Counted from the stretch's first letter, positions 9,800 to 23,122 are shown. The stretch: DNA of 64,000 nt from an uncultured bacterium (GCA_965372835.1 CBDVDV010000002.1:179-64178), one strand, 5' to 3'. The notes: generated from the letters alone by a model not told the origin. Translations and numbers: made by a program.

Positions 9800-12700
9800 A
9801 TGACGGTACCGATAGTAGAACTGCCCGTTCGTGACTTCCGCAAGGTCGGGGGGGCCGTGCCCGTTCCCGACTTGACGGCCATCCAGACCGACGCCTACGA
9901 GCGGTTCCTCCAGCGCCGGGTTACACCGAGCCGGCGAAAGAACCACGGAGTGGAGGCCATTTTCCGGGAGGCGTTTCCCATCCCCAGTTACGACGGCACC
10001 ATCCAACTGGAGTACCTGGGGTACCACCTGGATGAGCCTCGCTATTCGCCGACGGAATGTCGGCAGTTGGACCTCACCTACGGGTACCCGCTGCGCATCC
10101 GGGTTCGGCTGACCGGTGAAGAGCCGCTGGAAGAAGACGTGTATCTGGGCGACATCCCGGTGATGATCCAGGGGGGCACCTTCATCATCAACGGGGCCGA
10201 ACGGGTCATCGTCAGCCAGTTGCACCGCTCCCCGGGTGTGGACTTCCTGGAAGACAAAAAGCAAGCCGAACAGCGCTCCTTCTCCTGCCGAATCATACCC
10301 GAGCGGGGCAGTTGGGTGGAGATGAACATCTCCAAGCGGGAGGTGCTCACCGTCCGTATCGACCAGAGCGGCAAGTTCCCCGTCACCGTGCTTCTGCGGG
10401 CGGCCTCCGATAAGCTGTCCACCGCCGAGCAGTTGCTGCGCGCCTTCTACCCCACCGAGGTGGTCTCGCTCAGTCGGCGCACCTCCCCCGCCAAGCTCCT
10501 CGGTCGGCGGGTGGTCGGTGACATCCTCGACACCGAGACCGGTGAGGTGGTCCTGGAGAGCGGCCAGGAGGTCACCGAGGAAAAGGCCGAACGGCTCATC
10601 ACCAGCAACCTGAAGTCGGTGGAGGTCATCACCGAGGTCACCGACCTCCTCATCCTGAACACCCTGGCTGAGGAGCGGGGCAAGGTCAAGAACCAGGACG
10701 AAGCCCTCCTCTACATCTACCAGCGGCTCCGCCCGGGGAATCCGCCCCGGCTGGAGAAGGCCAGGGAACTCTTCAAGGAACGCTTCCACGACTCCAACCG
10801 CTACCGGCTGGGGACGGTGGGCCGGTTCCGCATCAACCGCAAACTCGGCCTGAAGACACGCCTGAGCCAGATGGTGCTGCGGGCCGAAGACCTGATGGCC
10901 TCGGTCCGTTACCTGCTGCTTCTGCGTCGGGGGGAGGGTCGGGTGGACGACATCGACCACCTGGGCAACCGCCGGGTGCGCACCCTCGACGAACTCGCCG
11001 GTGACGAACTGCGCAAGGGATGCCTCAAACTGCGCCGCACCGTCCAGGAGCGCATGAGCCTGCGTGAACGCAAGGACCTCTCACCCCGCAGCCTCATCAA
11101 CTCCCGCACCATCTCCGCCGCCATCGACTACTTCTTCGCCCGCAGCGACCTCTCCCAGGTGGTCAACCAGACCAACCCCCTGAGCCAACTCAGTCACCTG
11201 CGTCGCCTCACGGCCATGGGGCCGGGGGGACTGAACCGCAAACGGGCCGGCTTCGAGGTGCGCGATGTGCACATCAGCCACTACGGCCGCATCTGCCCCA
11301 TCGAGACCCCGGAGGGGCCGAACATCGGTCTGATCACCAACCTCAGCGTCTTTGCCACCGTGGACGAACTGGGCTTCCTGGTCACCCCCTATCAGAAGGT
11401 GCGCAAGGCCAAGCCCAGCGGCAAAGTCGTCTACCTGCGCGCCGACGAGGAGGAGGGACAGATCCTCGGCCCGGCCAAGGTCCTTCACGGACAGGCCCGC
11501 CGAGGCGACCGCCGTGAGGTCGCGGTCCGCCTCGACGGTGACTTCATCACCAAACCGGTGGGCGAACTGCAGTACGTGGACGTCTCTCCCATGCAGATCG
11601 TGGGCATCAGCACCTCCCTCATCCCCTTCCTGGAGCACGACGACGCCAACCGGGCCCTGATGGGGGCCAACATGCAGCGCCAGGCCGTCCCCCTGCTCAC
11701 CTGTGAACCCCCACTGGTGGCCACCGGGATGGAGCGGGTGGTGGCCGAGCACTCCGGCATGGTGGTCCGGGCCGAGAAGGCCGGTACGGTCACCTACGTG
11801 GATGCCGAGTCCGTGGTCGTCGGTGAGCAGAAATATCCGCTGACCAAGTTCGCCAAACTCAACGAGGGCACCTGGCTGAACCAGCGGCCCCTGGTCCGGG
11901 TCGGAGACCGGGTGAAGAAGGGCCAGGTCCTCGCCGACGGCCCCTCCACCGCCAAGGGGGAACTGGCCCTGGGCAAGAACGTGCTCGTGGCCTTCATGCC
12001 CTGGGACGGCTACAACTTCGAAGACGCCATCCTGATCTCCGAGCAACTCGTCAAGGAGGACCGGTTCACCTCGGTGCACATCGACGAGTTCGATGTCGAA
12101 ATCCGGGAGACCAAACTGGGCCGGGAGGAGTTCACCCGCGACATCCCCAACGTGAGCGAACGGCAACTCCGCAACCTGGACGAAGGCGGCGTCATTCGTG
12201 TCGGCACCCGGGTGCAGGCCGGCGACATCCTGGTCGGCAAGATCAGTCCCAAGAGCAAGAGCGAACTCTCACCGGAGGAAAAACTCCTCTACGCCATCTT
12301 CGGTCGGGCCGGCGAAGACGTGAAAAACGCCTCGCTGGAGGTGCCCAGCGGCACCGAGGGCATCGTCATCGACACCCGCCGATTCAGCCGACGGGCCCCG
12401 GCCAACGAAGAGGAGCGCCGACATCAGGAGAAGCAACTGCGGGCCGTGGCCCAGGGCTACGACGAGCGCATCGCCCGGGAGTTCCGGGGACTGCTCAGTC
12501 GCCTGGAAGAACTGGTGGACGGCGAACTGGAGCGGGTGGACGGCAGCCCGCTGGGTCGCTCAGCCGGGCTTTCCGATGCACAACTCCTGGAACTGGAAGA
12601 GACCTTCGAACTCAGTGATTTAGCGCTGTCGGCGGCCCAACGGCGGGCGGCTCGCAACCTCCTGGAGGAAGTGCAGGAGCGGATCGAGCAGCTGCGCGAC

Positions 12701-13495
12701 CGCAAGGACCGGGAACTCTCCCAACTGCGCCGCGGTGACGACCTGCCCAGTGGCGTCCTGGAGATGGTCAAGGCCTACGTGGCCACCAAGCGCCGACTGT
12801 CCGTGGGTGACAAGATGGCCGGCCGACACGGCAACAAGGGAGTCATCGCCCGCATCGTGGCCGAGGAGGACGTGCCCTTCCTGGCCGACGGGACCCCGAT
12901 GGACATGGTGCTCAACCCGCTGGGGGTGCCCAGTCGGATGAACCTGGGTCAGATCCTGGAGACCCACCTGGGTTGGGCGGCTCGTCACCTGGGCTTCCGA
13001 CCGGTCTCCGCCCCCTTCGACGGGGCCAGTGAGGATGAGATCCGTCAGTGCCTCCAGGAGGCCGGGCTGAGCCAGGACGGTCAGGTGGTCCTCTACGACG
13101 GCCGAACCGGTGAGCCCTTCGAGCAGAAGGTGACGGTGGGCTGGATGTACCTGATGAAACTGGAGCACCTGGTGGACGAGAAGGTCCACGCCCGGGCCAC
13201 CGGGCCCTACAGCCTCATCACCCAGCAGCCACTGGGCGGCAAGGCCCGGGCCGGTGGTCAGCGGTTCGGGGAGATGGAGGTCTGGGCCCTGGAGGCCTAC
13301 GGCGCCGCCTACACCCTGCAGGAGATGATCACCGTCAAGAGCGACGACGTGGACGGACGCACCAAGATCTACGAGTCCATGGTCAAGGGTGAGAACACCC
13401 TGGAAGCGGGCACCCCGGTCAGTTTCGAGGTGCTGACCAACGAAATCAAGGGCCTGGCCCTGAACCTGGAGCTGGAGAAGAAGCGTCGACTGTGA
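9800..13495 (+). CDS. rpoB: DNA-directed RNA polymerase subunit beta
   Basis: ~1231 aa with rifampicin-cluster and catalytic regions. ATG 9800 preferred over GTG 9788. Confidence 0.97.
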   Translation: MTVPIVELPVRDFRKVGGAVPVPDLTAIQTDAYERFLQRRVTPSRRKNHGVEAIFREAFPIPSYDGTIQLEYLGYHLDEPRYSPTECRQLDLTYGYPLRIRVRLTGEEPLEEDVYLGDIPVMIQGGTFIINGAERVIVSQLHRSPGVDFLEDKKQAEQRSFSCRIIPERGSWVEMNISKREVLTVRIDQSGKFPVTVLLRAASDKLSTAEQLLRAFYPTEVVSLSRRTSPAKLLGRRVVGDILDTETGEVVLESGQEVTEEKAERLITSNLKSVEVITEVTDLLILNTLAEERGKVKNQDEALLYIYQRLRPGNPPRLEKARELFKERFHDSNRYRLGTVGRFRINRKLGLKTRLSQMVLRAEDLMASVRYLLLLRRGEGRVDDIDHLGNRRVRTLDELAGDELRKGCLKLRRTVQERMSLRERKDLSPRSLINSRTISAAIDYFFARSDLSQVVNQTNPLSQLSHLRRLTAMGPGGLNRKRAGFEVRDVHISHYGRICPIETPEGPNIGLITNLSVFATVDELGFLVTPYQKVRKAKPSGKVVYLRADEEEGQILGPAKVLHGQARRGDRREVAVRLDGDFITKPVGELQYVDVSPMQIVGISTSLIPFLEHDDANRALMGANMQRQAVPLLTCEPPLVATGMERVVAEHSGMVVRAEKAGTVTYVDAESVVVGEQKYPLTKFAKLNEGTWLNQRPLVRVGDRVKKGQVLADGPSTAKGELALGKNVLVAFMPWDGYNFEDAILISEQLVKEDRFTSVHIDEFDVEIRETKLGREEFTRDIPNVSERQLRNLDEGGVIRVGTRVQAGDILVGKISPKSKSELSPEEKLLYAIFGRAGEDVKNASLEVPSGTEGIVIDTRRFSRRAPANEEERRHQEKQLRAVAQGYDERIAREFRGLLSRLEELVDGELERVDGSPLGRSAGLSDAQLLELEETFELSDLALSAAQRRAARNLLEEVQERIEQLRDRKDRELSQLRRGDDLPSGVLEMVKAYVATKRRLSVGDKMAGRHGNKGVIARIVAEEDVPFLADGTPMDMVLNPLGVPSRMNLGQILETHLGWAARHLGFRPVSAPFDGASEDEIRQCLQEAGLSQDGQVVLYDGRTGEPFEQKVTVGWMYLMKLEHLVDEKVHARATGPYSLITQQPLGGKARAGGQRFGEMEVWALEAYGAAYTLQEMITVKSDDVDGRTKIYESMVKGENTLEAGTPVSFEVLTNEIKGLALNLELEKKRRL

Positions 13496-13542
13496 ACTCG
13501 TGGGGGCCGGAGCCTCCCTCAGTCCGCAAAGGAGCAGCCCGG

Positions 13543-16500
13543 ATGGGTGAACGGTTGGACGAACAGTCCTACGCCTACGAACGCGTCGATGACGTGGTCG
13601 CGGTGCGCATCAGCCTGGCGGCGCCGGAGATGATCCGGTCCTGGTCCTACGGCGAGGTCAAGAAGCCCGAAACCATCAACTACCGCACCTATCGGCCCGA
13701 GAAGGACGGGCTGTTCTGTGAGCGCATCTTCGGTCCGGAGCGCGACTGGGAGTGCTTCTGTGGCAAGTACAAGGGGATGAAGCACAAGGGTGTGGTCTGT
13801 GACCGCTGCGGGGTCAAGGTCACCCACAGCCGCGTCCGGCGAAAGCGCATGGGCCACATCACCCTGGCCGCCTCCGTGGTCCACATCTGGTTCTTCAAGG
13901 CCCTGCCCAACCGCCTGGGAACCCTCCTTGACATCAAGTCCACCGACCTGGAGCGGGTCGTCTACTTCCAGCAGCACGTGGTGGTGGACCCGGGGGACAC
14001 CGAGCTCAAGCCCCGCCAACTGCTCACCGAGGAGGAGTATCGGCGGGCGGTCGAGCGCTACGGTGAGGGGAGCTTCGAGACCGGCATGGGCGCCGAGGCC
14101 GTGAAAAAACTCCTCCAGCGCCTTGACCTCCGGGCCGTGGTGGAGCAACTCCGTGAGGACATCAAGGCCACCTCCAGCCAGCAGAAGAAGCGCAAACTCG
14201 CCACCCGCATGCGCCTGGCCGAGGCCATCGCCACCTCCGGCAACAAGCCCGAGTGGACGGTCCTGGACGTCATCCCCGTCATCCCACCCGACCTGCGGCC
14301 CCTGGTCCTGCTGGAAAGCGGCAACTTCGCCACCTCCGACCTCAACGACCTCTATCGCCGAATCATCAACCGCAACAACCGACTCAAGAAACTCATGGAA
14401 CTGAACGCGCCCGAGGTCATCATCCGCAACGAGAAGCGCATGCTCCAGCAGGCCGTCGACGCCCTCTTCGATAACGGCCGCTGCAAGCGCCCGGTCCTGG
14501 GCAGCTCCAACCGACCCCTCAAGAGTCTCACCGACATGATCAAGGGCAAGCAGGGCCGCTTCCGGGCCAACCTCCTGGGTAAGCGGGTGGACTACTCGGC
14601 CCGCTCGGTCATCGTGGTCGGCCCCGAACTCAAACTCCACCAGTGCGGACTGCCCAAGAAGATCGCCCTGGAACTCTTCCAGCCCTTCATCATCCGCCGA
14701 CTCAAGGAACTGGGCTACGCCGACACCATCAAGAGCGCCCGCAAAATGCTCGAACGCAAGGACGAGGAGGTCTGGGACATCCTCGAGGAGGTCATCCACA
14801 ACCACCCGGTGCTGCTCCAGCGCGCCCCCACACTGCACCGCATCGGCATCCAGGCCTTCGAACCGGTCCTGGTGGAGGGCAACGCCATCAAGATCCACCC
14901 CATGGTCTGCGAGGGCTTCAACGCCGACTTCGACGGCGACACCATGGCCGTCTTCCTCCCCCTCTCCATCGAGGCCCAGGTCGAAGCCCGCACCCTCATG
15001 CTCTCACCACACAACATCTTCCTGCCCGCTCACGGCAAGCCCATCATCCGCCCGAGCCAGGACATCGTCCTGGGCTGCTGCTACCTCACTACCGAGGTCC
15101 CCGGAGGGCCCGGCGAGGGAAAGACCTTCTCCGATACGGCTGAAGTGCTCATGGCCCTGGCCGAGCGCAAGGTGAGCATCCACGCCCGGGTGAATCTGCG
15201 CCGACCCCGGGAACGGGAGATCCTGGGCGATGAGGGCCCCCAGCAGTGGGAGCGGAGCACCTTCGAAACCACCCCGGGGCGGATCATGCTCAACGACCTG
15301 CTCCCCACCGGGATGCCCTACTACAACTTCGAACTCAGCCGCAAGGGCGTCAGCCGAATCATCGCCGACTGTCACCGCTTGCTCGGCCGCCAAGCCACCA
15401 TCAAACTCCTGGACGACATCAAAGCCCTGGGCTTCCGTCAGGCCACCCTGGCCGGGCTCAGTTTTTCCACCGAGGACCTCAAGGTCCCTCCCAGCAAGGG
15501 GCAGATACTGGCCCGGGCCGAAAAGGAGGTCGAGCGCATCCAGCGTCTCTACCGTCGTGGGGTCATCACCGACGGTGAGCGCTACAACCAGGTCATCGAG
15601 GTCTGGACCCACGCCCGGGAGGTGGTGGCGGAGGCCCTGCTGGAGGAACTCAAGAATGACCGACGGGACGGCAAGCCGTACCTGAATCCGGTGTACCTGA
15701 TGCTGGCCAGTGAGGCCAGGGGGTCGGTGGACCAGATCCGACAGATCGCGGGGATGCGGGGGCTGATGGCCAAGCCCTCCGGCCGCATCATCGAAACCCC
15801 GATCAAGAGCAACTTCCGGGAGGGTCTCGGCGTCCTGGAGTATTTCAGTTCCACCCACGGCGCCCGTAAGGGTCTGGCCGATACCGCGCTCAAGACCGCC
15901 GACAGCGGCTACCTCACCCGGAAACTGGCCGATGTGGCCCAGAACGTGGTCATCACCATGCCCGACTGTGGCACCCTGAACGGCATCACCAAAGGCATCA
16001 TGTTCAAGGGTGAGGACATCGAGGTGCCCTTGGCCGAGACCATCACCGGCCGGGTGGCCCGGGACAACATCCTGGACCTGCGCACCGACGAGGTCATCGT
16101 CCGCGAGAACGAACTCATCACCGAGGAAGCGGCCCGACGCATTGAGGAGTTGGGAGTGGAGAAGATCCGGGTGCGCTCCCCGCTGACCTGCGAGACCGGC
16201 GTCGGCCTCTGCGCCCTCTGCTACGGGATGGACCTTTCCACGGGGAGCCTGGTCGAAGAAGGTCTGGCCGTGGGGGTCATCGCCGCCCAGTCCATCGGTG
16301 AGCCCGGCACCCAACTCACCATGCGCACCTTCCACATCGGTGGAACTGCCGCCCGGGCCCTGGCCGAAAGTGAGATCCAGGCGGTCACCAGCGGCACCAT
16401 CAAGTTCGAGCAGTTGCGCTCCGTGGTCAACCCCGAAGGTGAGACGGTCATCCTCAGCCGCAACGCCGAGATCGCGGTCCTGGACGACAAGGGCCGGGAA

Positions 16501-17691
16501 CTGGAGCGCCATACCGTTCCCGCCGGGGCCGCGTTGTCCGTCCGCGAGGGCAAGACGGTCAAGAAGGGGGCGCTGCTGGTGCGCTGGGACCCGCACATGA
16601 TCCCCATCCTGGGCGAAGAGGGTGGCTTCGTCCGCTTCGAGGACATCGTCGAGGGTGAAACCATGCGCCAGGAGGTGGACCAGAGTACCGGCATCGCCCG
16701 CAAGGTCATCGTCGAGCACAAAGGCGCCCTCCACCCCCAACTCATCATCGAGGACAAAAAGGGCAAGATCCTCACCCTCTACCCCCTGCCCGAAAAGGCC
16801 AACATCGAGGTGGAGCAGGGCCAGGAGGTAGCCGCGGGGGCCCTGCTGGCCAAGACCCCGCGTGAGTTGGGTGGGACCCAGGACATCACCGCCGGGCTCC
16901 CCCGGGTGACCGAACTCTTCGAGGCCCGCCGACCCAAGGACCCGGCCGTCATCAGCGAGATCGACGGGAAGGTGGAACTGGGCGAGAAGCGCCGGGGTCG
17001 GCGAACCATCGTCGTTCGCAACCCGGAAAGCGGCATGGCCCGCGAACACCTGGTGCCCCCGGGCGCCCACCTGCGGGTGCACGCCGCCGATGTGGTGCGG
17101 GCGGGTCAGCCGCTGGTGGACGGCCCACTGGTCCCCCACGACATTCTCAAGATCAGCGGCGAGGAGGCCCTCCAACAGTACCTGCTTCGGGAGATCCAGA
17201 GCGTCTACCACAGCCAGGACGTCACCATCAGCGACCAGCACATCGAACTGATGACCGCCCAGATGATGAGGCGGGTGCGGGTCACCGACCCGGGTGACGG
17301 TGAGTTCCTCATGGGCGAGGTGGTGGACAAGTTCGCCTTTCGTCAGGCCAACCGACAACTGGAGGCCCAGGGGCTGGGGCCCGCTGCCGCCGAGCCCATC
17401 CTCCTGGGGGTGACCAAGGCCGCTCTCAGGAGTGACAGCTTCATCTCCGCCGCCAGTTTCCAGGAGACGACCAAGGTGTTGACCGAGGCGGCGTTGGCCG
17501 GTCGACGGGACCCGCTGGTGGGCCTGAAGGAGAACGTTATCCTCGGTCACCTCATCCCGGCCGGGACCGGTTTCCGCAACTACACCCGCTCCCGACTGCT
17601 GAAGTTGCTGCCTGAGGCGCCGGCTGAGGCCGAGGCTGCCGAGGCCGAGGACGAGCCGGCCTCGAAGGCCGAGAAGCCACCGGCGGCCTGA
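13543..17691 (+). CDS. rpoC: DNA-directed RNA polymerase subunit beta'
   Basis: Zn-finger CERIFGP..CFCGKYK..CDRCG and NADFDGD active site. ATG 13543 has an AAGGAG RBS 8 nt upstream and matches the conserved N-terminal spacing. The alternative is GTG 13492. Confidence 0.95.
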   Translation: MGERLDEQSYAYERVDDVVAVRISLAAPEMIRSWSYGEVKKPETINYRTYRPEKDGLFCERIFGPERDWECFCGKYKGMKHKGVVCDRCGVKVTHSRVRRKRMGHITLAASVVHIWFFKALPNRLGTLLDIKSTDLERVVYFQQHVVVDPGDTELKPRQLLTEEEYRRAVERYGEGSFETGMGAEAVKKLLQRLDLRAVVEQLREDIKATSSQQKKRKLATRMRLAEAIATSGNKPEWTVLDVIPVIPPDLRPLVLLESGNFATSDLNDLYRRIINRNNRLKKLMELNAPEVIIRNEKRMLQQAVDALFDNGRCKRPVLGSSNRPLKSLTDMIKGKQGRFRANLLGKRVDYSARSVIVVGPELKLHQCGLPKKIALELFQPFIIRRLKELGYADTIKSARKMLERKDEEVWDILEEVIHNHPVLLQRAPTLHRIGIQAFEPVLVEGNAIKIHPMVCEGFNADFDGDTMAVFLPLSIEAQVEARTLMLSPHNIFLPAHGKPIIRPSQDIVLGCCYLTTEVPGGPGEGKTFSDTAEVLMALAERKVSIHARVNLRRPREREILGDEGPQQWERSTFETTPGRIMLNDLLPTGMPYYNFELSRKGVSRIIADCHRLLGRQATIKLLDDIKALGFRQATLAGLSFSTEDLKVPPSKGQILARAEKEVERIQRLYRRGVITDGERYNQVIEVWTHAREVVAEALLEELKNDRRDGKPYLNPVYLMLASEARGSVDQIRQIAGMRGLMAKPSGRIIETPIKSNFREGLGVLEYFSSTHGARKGLADTALKTADSGYLTRKLADVAQNVVITMPDCGTLNGITKGIMFKGEDIEVPLAETITGRVARDNILDLRTDEVIVRENELITEEAARRIEELGVEKIRVRSPLTCETGVGLCALCYGMDLSTGSLVEEGLAVGVIAAQSIGEPGTQLTMRTFHIGGTAARALAESEIQAVTSGTIKFEQLRSVVNPEGETVILSRNAEIAVLDDKGRELERHTVPAGAALSVREGKTVKKGALLVRWDPHMIPILGEEGGFVRFEDIVEGETMRQEVDQSTGIARKVIVEHKGALHPQLIIEDKKGKILTLYPLPEKANIEVEQGQEVAAGALLAKTPRELGGTQDITAGLPRVTELFEARRPKDPAVISEIDGKVELGEKRRGRRTIVVRNPESGMAREHLVPPGAHLRVHAADVVRAGQPLVDGPLVPHDILKISGEEALQQYLLREIQSVYHSQDVTISDQHIELMTAQMMRRVRVTDPGDGEFLMGEVVDKFAFRQANRQLEAQGLGPAAAEPILLGVTKAALRSDSFISAASFQETTKVLTEAALAGRRDPLVGLKENVILGHLIPAGTGFRNYTRSRLLKLLPEAPAEAEAAEAEDEPASKAEKPPAA

Positions 17692-17713
17692 GCCGCTAAG
17701 GAGGACGTACCCT

Positions 17714-18085
17714 ATGCCCACCATGAATCAGTTGGTCCGTCGGGGACGCAAGAGCTCCAGACGCAAGACCAAGTCACCCGACCTGGAGACCTGCCCGCAG
17801 CGCCGCGGGGTCTGCATCCGGGTGATGACCCGTACGCCGAAGAAACCCAACTCGGCGCTCCGCAAGGTGGCCCGGGTGCGGCTGTCCAACGGCCGGGAGG
17901 TGACGGCTTACATCCCTGGTGAGGGACACAACCTCCAGCAGCACTCCATCGTGCTGGTGCGAGGCGGCCGGGTGCGCGACCTGCCCGGCGTCCGCTACCA
18001 CATCGTCCGGGGCACCCGCGACTCCCTGGGTGTGGAGGGACGCCGCCGGAGTCGCTCCAAGTACGGGGCCAAGCGGCCCAAGTAA
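17714..18085 (+). CDS. rpsL: 30S ribosomal protein S12
   Basis: 123 aa, [11 protein letters not shown] motif. AAGGAGG RBS. Only 22 nt after rpoC. Confidence 0.97.
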   Translation: MPTMNQLVRRGRKSSRRKTKSPDLETCPQRRGVCIRVMTRTPKKPNSALRKVARVRLSNGREVTAYIPGEGHNLQQHSIVLVRGGRVRDLPGVRYHIVRGTRDSLGVEGRRRSRSKYGAKRPK

Positions 18086-18126
18086 GCCGACCGGTCCATA
18101 CCGACCCGTATGGGGAGGACGAAGTT

Positions 18127-18603
18127 ATGGCCATGAAGCGGCCAACCGCTTCCAAGAAACAGCTGAAACCCGACCCCCGCTACAACAACCTGATGGTCAG
18201 CAAGTTCATCAACTGCATGATGTGGGGCGGGAAAAAGAGTGTGGCTCAGAACATCTTTTACGACGCCCTTGGCCTCATCGCTGAGCGAGTCAAGGACGCC
18301 GAGCCCCTGGAGGTGTTCCAGGCGGCTATCGAGAACGTGAAGCCCAAGGTGGAGGTGCGCTCGCGCCGAGTCGGCGGGGCCACGTACCAGGTACCGGTGG
18401 AGGTGAGCCGGCAGCGCCGCCAAGCCCTGGCCGTCCGCTGGATTCTCCGGGCCGCTCGGGCCCGCACCGGTCGGCCGATGTACCGTCGGCTGGCCGATGA
18501 ACTGATGGCGGCCTATCGCCGGGAGGGCGCGGCGATACAGACCCGGGAAAACATCCACCGGATGGCCGACGCCAACAAGGCCTTCGCCCACTTCGCTTGG
18601 TAG
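18127..18603 (+). CDS. rpsG: 30S ribosomal protein S7
   Basis: 158 aa S7 family. Confidence 0.95.
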   Translation: MAMKRPTASKKQLKPDPRYNNLMVSKFINCMMWGGKKSVAQNIFYDALGLIAERVKDAEPLEVFQAAIENVKPKVEVRSRRVGGATYQVPVEVSRQRRQALAVRWILRAARARTGRPMYRRLADELMAAYRREGAAIQTRENIHRMADANKAFAHFAW

Positions 18604-18728
18604 CAAGAGGGCCGACGGAGCACGCGCCCAGCCAAGCTCACCTTCCCGGGGAACAGTTGCTGAAGAGCCTGACTGGGCGCGTACTCTTTCTTGTGGCCGG
18701 GTCGGACCCCGGCCCGGATGGTGTGGAG

Positions 18729-20804
18729 ATGAACGACAGCAACAACAACCAGGCACGGGGCGAGCGGCTGCGGAACATCGGTTTCGCCGCGCACATCGAC
18801 GCCGGCAAGACCACGGTCACCGAGCGCATCCTCTTCTACACCGGCTGCTCCCACCGCATGGGCGAGGTGCACGACGGTACCGCCACCATGGACTGGATGC
18901 CCGAGGAGCAGGAGCGGGGCATCACCATCACCTCCGCGGCCACCACCTGCCCCTGGCGCGACCAGCAGATCAACATCATCGACACCCCCGGCCACGTCGA
19001 CTTCACGGCCGAGGTGGAGCGGACCCTGCGGGTGCTGGACGGGGTCATCATCGTCTTCTGTGGGGTGGGTGGTGTGGAGGCCCAGTCGGAGACGGTCTGG
19101 CGACAGGCCGACCGCTACCGGGTTCCCCGACTGGCCTTCGTCAATAAGTTGGACCGGCCTGGGGCCGATTTCGATGCCGTGGTCGAGGAGATCCGCGGGC
19201 GGCTGGGCGCCCGTCCGGTCGCCGTCCACATGCCTTACTATGTGGGTGAGGAGTTCCGGGGGCTGGTGGACCTGGTGGAGATGAGGCTCGTCCTCTGGGC
19301 GGACGACACCCCGGACGCGGAGTTCAGCCGCCAGCCCATCCCCGAAGATCTCCTCGCTGAGGCCCGCCACCGCCACGAGGCGCTCCTGGAGCGGCTGGCC
19401 GAGACCTGCGACTGGGTCATGGAACGCTACGTCCACGACCACGAACTGGACCCCCAGAGCATTCGCCGGGCCCTCAGACAGGCCACCATCTCCCTCGACC
19501 TGGTGCCGGTGCTCTGTGGGGCGGCCCTGCGCAACAAGGGAATTCAGCCGTTGCTCGACGCCGTCTGCGACTACCTGCCCAGCCCCCTGGACCTGCCACC
19601 CGTCCAGGGCGTCCACCCCAAGACCGGAAAACCGACCGAGAGGCGGGCCAGCCCCGATGAGGCCCTGGCGGCGTTGGCCTTCAAGGTGGTGGCCGACGCC
19701 CACGGTGACCTGGTGTTCCTGCGCCTGTACTCGGGCCGACTGCGCCCCGGCGTCCGGGTCTACAACCCGGTCAAGCGCGCCTCCGAGCTGGTCACCCGCA
19801 TCTGGCGCATGCACGCCAATCAGCGCACCGCGCTGGAGGAGGCCGTTGCCGGCGACATCGTGGCCGTGGTCGGCCTCAAGCAGACCACCACCGGCGACAC
19901 CCTGTGCGACCGCAGTCACCACATCGTCCTGGAGCGTCCCGCCTTCCCCCAGACGGTCATCTCCATGGCCATCGAGCCCAGAAGTTCCGCCGACCGGAAC
20001 CGCCTGGTTGAGACCCTCAACAAACTCGCCCGCGAGGACCCCACCTTCAACTGGCGCTACAATGAGGAGACCGGGCAAGTGCTCATCTCGGGCATGGGCG
20101 AACTCCACCTGGAGGTCCTCGGCCACCGGATGCTCCAGGAGTTCAGATTGGACGCCAAGGTGGGTCGGCCCAGGGTGGCCTTCAAGGAGACGGTCAAGGC
20201 GGAGGCCACCGCCGAGGGTCGCCTTATCAAGCAGACCGGCGGCCGGGGGCAGTACGCACGAGTGACCCTCCGGGTGGCTCCAGACCCCGGCACCCTGGAC
20301 GTGCAGTTTCAGGACAAGACCCGCGGCGGCGTTATCCCCAGGCAGTTCATGCGGGCCGTTGAGCAAGGTGTCCGCGAGGCCGCGGCCTCGGGGCCCGTAT
20401 GGGGCTACCCCCTCATCGACGTGGCCGTGGTCGTGCTGGACGGAGCCTTCCACGAGGTCGATTCTTCTGACGTGGCCTTCCACGCCGCCGCCAGCCAGGC
20501 CCTGAACCAGGCCGCCGAGCAGGCCGGCGTGGTGCTGCTGGAGCCCATTATGCGCCTGGAGGTGGCGGTCCCGGAGGAGTACATGGGCGACGTTCTGGCC
20601 GACCTCAACAATCGACGGACCGAGATTACCGAGGTCAAGAGGCGAGCGAAGATGTGTTTCATCGAAGGACGGGTTCCGCTGGCCACCATGTTCGGCTACG
20701 CCACCGCCGTGCGCTCGCTGAGCCAGGGCCGAGCCACTTTCACCATGGAGCCTTGTGCCTACGCTCCCGTACCGCAGGAGATGTATGAGGAAATCCAGGT
20801 CTGA
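18729..20804 (+). CDS. fusA: elongation factor G
   Basis: [10 protein letters not shown]-loop and full five-domain EF-G. ATG 18729 chosen (the track ORF extension overlaps rpsG). Confidence 0.95.
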   Translation: MNDSNNNQARGERLRNIGFAAHIDAGKTTVTERILFYTGCSHRMGEVHDGTATMDWMPEEQERGITITSAATTCPWRDQQINIIDTPGHVDFTAEVERTLRVLDGVIIVFCGVGGVEAQSETVWRQADRYRVPRLAFVNKLDRPGADFDAVVEEIRGRLGARPVAVHMPYYVGEEFRGLVDLVEMRLVLWADDTPDAEFSRQPIPEDLLAEARHRHEALLERLAETCDWVMERYVHDHELDPQSIRRALRQATISLDLVPVLCGAALRNKGIQPLLDAVCDYLPSPLDLPPVQGVHPKTGKPTERRASPDEALAALAFKVVADAHGDLVFLRLYSGRLRPGVRVYNPVKRASELVTRIWRMHANQRTALEEAVAGDIVAVVGLKQTTTGDTLCDRSHHIVLERPAFPQTVISMAIEPRSSADRNRLVETLNKLAREDPTFNWRYNEETGQVLISGMGELHLEVLGHRMLQEFRLDAKVGRPRVAFKETVKAEATAEGRLIKQTGGRGQYARVTLRVAPDPGTLDVQFQDKTRGGVIPRQFMRAVEQGVREAAASGPVWGYPLIDVAVVVLDGAFHEVDSSDVAFHAAASQALNQAAEQAGVVLLEPIMRLEVAVPEEYMGDVLADLNNRRTEITEVKRRAKMCFIEGRVPLATMFGYATAVRSLSQGRATFTMEPCAYAPVPQEMYEEIQV

Positions 20805-20841
20805 GGAGGCGTGTCGGGGGAGCGGTCAAGGAGACGAGCCG

Positions 20842-21000
20842 ATGGCCCGGGAGAACCTGGGGCGGACGAAGCCCCGCATGAACATGGGCGCTATTGGTCA
20901 CGTGGAGGACGGGCGCGGCGGGGAGCGTGAGCCTGCCTGTTGTGCCCTCCGCGAGGGCGGCCACACGGGCGGAGCCGGCCCGGGCACCGAGGTGCTGGAG
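20842..21000 (+). pseudogene. relic of a second tuf copy (str-operon tufA type) with large internal deletion
   Basis: MARENLGRTKPRMNMGAIGHVEDG matches the EF-Tu N-terminus. ALREGGHTGGAGPGTEVLE matches the EF-Tu C-terminus. ~340 codons are missing between them. RBS retained. The reading frame runs on into the S10 promoter. Confidence 0.8.
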
Positions 21001-21063
21001 CGAGGTGCGGGAATGAAAGGCCGAGAAAAGTGCGGAGAATCGGGGAAAATCCCCGGAAAAGAG

Positions 21064-21092
21064 TTGACCGAGCAGGCTCGAGGGACTATAGT
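21064..21092 (+). promoter_or_regulatory. sigma70-like S10-operon promoter (TTGACC-17-TATAGT)
   Basis: Near-consensus hexamers ~80 nt upstream of rpsJ. Preceded by the hairpin CGGGGA-AAA-TCCCCG (21041-21056). Confidence 0.5.
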
Positions 21093-21170
21093 ACAGGTTT
21101 GTGTATTTCTCGCGGCCATTGACCCTGAAGGCGCTTCTGCAGGCTGGCTGCGTCCCGGTAGAGGGTAACG

Positions 21171-21479
21171 ATGAGCGACCAAAAGATACGCATCCGCATG
21201 GAAGCCTACGACCACCGGGTGCTGGACCGCTGCGCCCGGCAGATCGTGGATACGGCTCTGCGCACGGGGGCGGTGGTCAAGGGGCCCATCCCACTGCCGA
21301 CCCGCATCGAGCGTTTCACGGTGCTCCGCGGTCCGAACATCGACAAGGAATCGCGCGAGCAGTTCGAAATCCGCACCCACAAGCGGCTTATTGACATCGC
21401 CGAGCCGACGGCCAAGACCATGGACGCCCTGGGTCGGCTGGCCCTGCCGGCCGGGGTCTTCATCAAGATCAAGGCTTGA
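21171..21479 (+). CDS. rpsJ: 30S ribosomal protein S10
   Basis: 102 aa S10. Confidence 0.97.
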   Translation: MSDQKIRIRMEAYDHRVLDRCARQIVDTALRTGAVVKGPIPLPTRIERFTVLRGPNIDKESREQFEIRTHKRLIDIAEPTAKTMDALGRLALPAGVFIKIKA

Positions 21480-21498
21480 ACTGGGGGTGGAGAGCACC

Positions 21499-22164
21499 AT
21501 GGTCAAGGCACTGTTAGGGCGAAAACTGGGCATGACTCAGGTCTATACCGAGGCTGGGGAACTGGTGCCCGTCACGGTTATAGAGGTCGGGCCCTGTCAG
21601 ATTATGCAGGTGAAGTCGACCGAGGGCAAGGATGGTTACAACGCTGTGGTCCTGGGCTTCGGGGACAAGAAGCGTCGGCGGGCCCGCCAGCCGGAACTGG
21701 GCCTGGCTCGCAAGGTGGGCACCGAGCCCAAACAGGTGCTGCGGGAGGTCCCCTGTGAGGACCCCTCAGCCTACGAGCCCGGTCAGGAACTCACCGTGGA
21801 CGTCTTTCGCGAGGTACCGGTGGTGGACGTGATCGGGGTCAGCAAGGGCCGGGGCTTCCAGGGGGTGGTCAAGCGCTGGGGAGCCCACGGGGGCCCGGCG
21901 AGTCACGGCTCCATGAGTCACCGGCGCATCGGCAGTATCGGGGCGTCCAGCGACCCGTCGCGGGTGATGAAGGGGCGCCACATGCCTGGGCGGATGGGCT
22001 CTCAGCGGGTAACCGCTCGGCACCTGCGCCTGGTGCGCGTGGATACGCGCCGGGGGCTGCTGCTGGTGGGGGGCAGTGTGCCCGGACCCGCCCGTGGGCT
22101 GGTTCTGGTGCAGGAAAGCAAGAAGACCACACGCTCCCGACACCATCATCCACATGTGGTGTAA
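21499..22164 (+). CDS. rplC: 50S ribosomal protein L3
   Basis: [16 protein letters not shown] start. The track ORF extension is upstream read-through. Confidence 0.95.
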   Translation: MVKALLGRKLGMTQVYTEAGELVPVTVIEVGPCQIMQVKSTEGKDGYNAVVLGFGDKKRRRARQPELGLARKVGTEPKQVLREVPCEDPSAYEPGQELTVDVFREVPVVDVIGVSKGRGFQGVVKRWGAHGGPASHGSMSHRRIGSIGASSDPSRVMKGRHMPGRMGSQRVTARHLRLVRVDTRRGLLLVGGSVPGPARGLVLVQESKKTTRSRHHHPHVV

Positions 22165-22167
22165 GTG

Positions 22168-22794
22168 ATGAAGATTCCAGTGTACAACCAGGCCGGCGAG
22201 CAAGTCCAGGAGGAGGAACTGGACCTCGAGCGGCTGGGGCCGGTCAGGATGAAACTGTTGAAGCAGGTGGTTTTGGCCTACGAGGCCAACCGCCGGGTGG
22301 GCACCGCCTCCACCAAGCGCCGCGGCGAGATCGCCGGTTCCGGTCGCAAAATGTACCGCCAGAAGGGCACGGGCTTCGCCCGCATGGGCGGCCGCCGAAG
22401 CCCCATCCGCGTGGGTGGGAGCGTGGCCCACGGCCCCAGACCCCGCGACTATCGCCAGGCCATTCCCAAGCGGATGCGCCGAGGGGCGCTGGCCAGCGCC
22501 CTGGCCGGGAAGTTGGGTGATGGTGAAGTGGTCCTGCTCCAGGAGTTGTCACTGACCGAGCCCAAGACCAAAGCGGTGGCCGAACTGCTGGATCGGCTGG
22601 GCTGCCTGGACGGGTGTCTGCTGGTGGTGCCCGAGTACGACACCGTGGTGCTCAAGAGCACCCGTAACCTGCCCCGGGTGGCGGTAAGACAGGCCCGCAA
22701 CGTCAGTGCTTACGACCTGCTCCGCTACCAGCGGGTCGTCTTCGTGGGTGAGGCCCTGGACCGGGTGATGGAGCGGAGCCATGGCCAGAAGTAG
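22168..22794 (+). CDS. rplD: 50S ribosomal protein L4
   Basis: L4 family; ATG after GTG 22165. Confidence 0.93.
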   Translation: MKIPVYNQAGEQVQEEELDLERLGPVRMKLLKQVVLAYEANRRVGTASTKRRGEIAGSGRKMYRQKGTGFARMGGRRSPIRVGGSVAHGPRPRDYRQAIPKRMRRGALASALAGKLGDGEVVLLQELSLTEPKTKAVAELLDRLGCLDGCLLVVPEYDTVVLKSTRNLPRVAVRQARNVSAYDLLRYQRVVFVGEALDRVMERSHGQK

Positions 22795-23065
22795 GTACCA
22801 GATCGTCCTGGAACCGGTGGTCACTGAAAAGAGCGTGGCCGCCTCCGAGCGACAGAACATTTACACCTTCCGGGTGGACCCAAAGGCGACCAAGGGGCAG
22901 ATCAAGCAGGCGGTCGAGGAGATCTTCGGGGTGCAGGTGACCGCGGTGCGTACCATGACCACCCACTCCAAGCGTCGACGGGTGCGGGGACGGATGACCC
23001 GCAGCCACCTGGGCAAGAAGGCGGTGGTCAAGGTGGCCGCCGAGGACCGTATCGATATCTTCTGA
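22781..23065 (+). CDS. rplW: 50S ribosomal protein L23
   Basis: 94 aa L23. Confidence 0.95.
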   Translation: MARSRYQIVLEPVVTEKSVAASERQNIYTFRVDPKATKGQIKQAVEEIFGVQVTAVRTMTTHSKRRRVRGRMTRSHLGKKAVVKVAAEDRIDIF

Positions 23066-23122
23066 TTCGAAGCCGGGCCGGTTCCCTTTTGGAGCCTGCT
23101 CCGGGGGTAAGGAGTCAGGACG

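Noticed and set aside
13492-13542. GTG start for rpoC overlapping the rpoB stop (adds [17 protein letters not shown])
   Set aside because: ATG 13543 has an AAGGAG RBS at optimal spacing and gives canonical N-terminal spacing to the conserved ..[18 protein letters not shown] motif. The GTG extension is non-conserved, though it cannot be fully excluded
15004-17724. 906-aa minus-strand ORF antisense to rpoC (similarly 13519..14898 and 11081..12166 antisense to rpoC/rpoB)
   Set aside because: rpoB and rpoC are unambiguous on the plus strand; these are GC-driven stop-free antisense frames
18513-20483. 656-aa minus-strand ORF antisense to fusA
   Set aside because: Same reasoning; fusA is certain
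20755-21168. 137-aa ORF spanning the fusA end, tuf relic and S10 promoter/leader
   Set aside because: Only residues 30-82 resemble EF-Tu. The rest reads through a near-consensus promoter and the rpsJ leader, so it was treated as a pseudogene remnant, not a CDS
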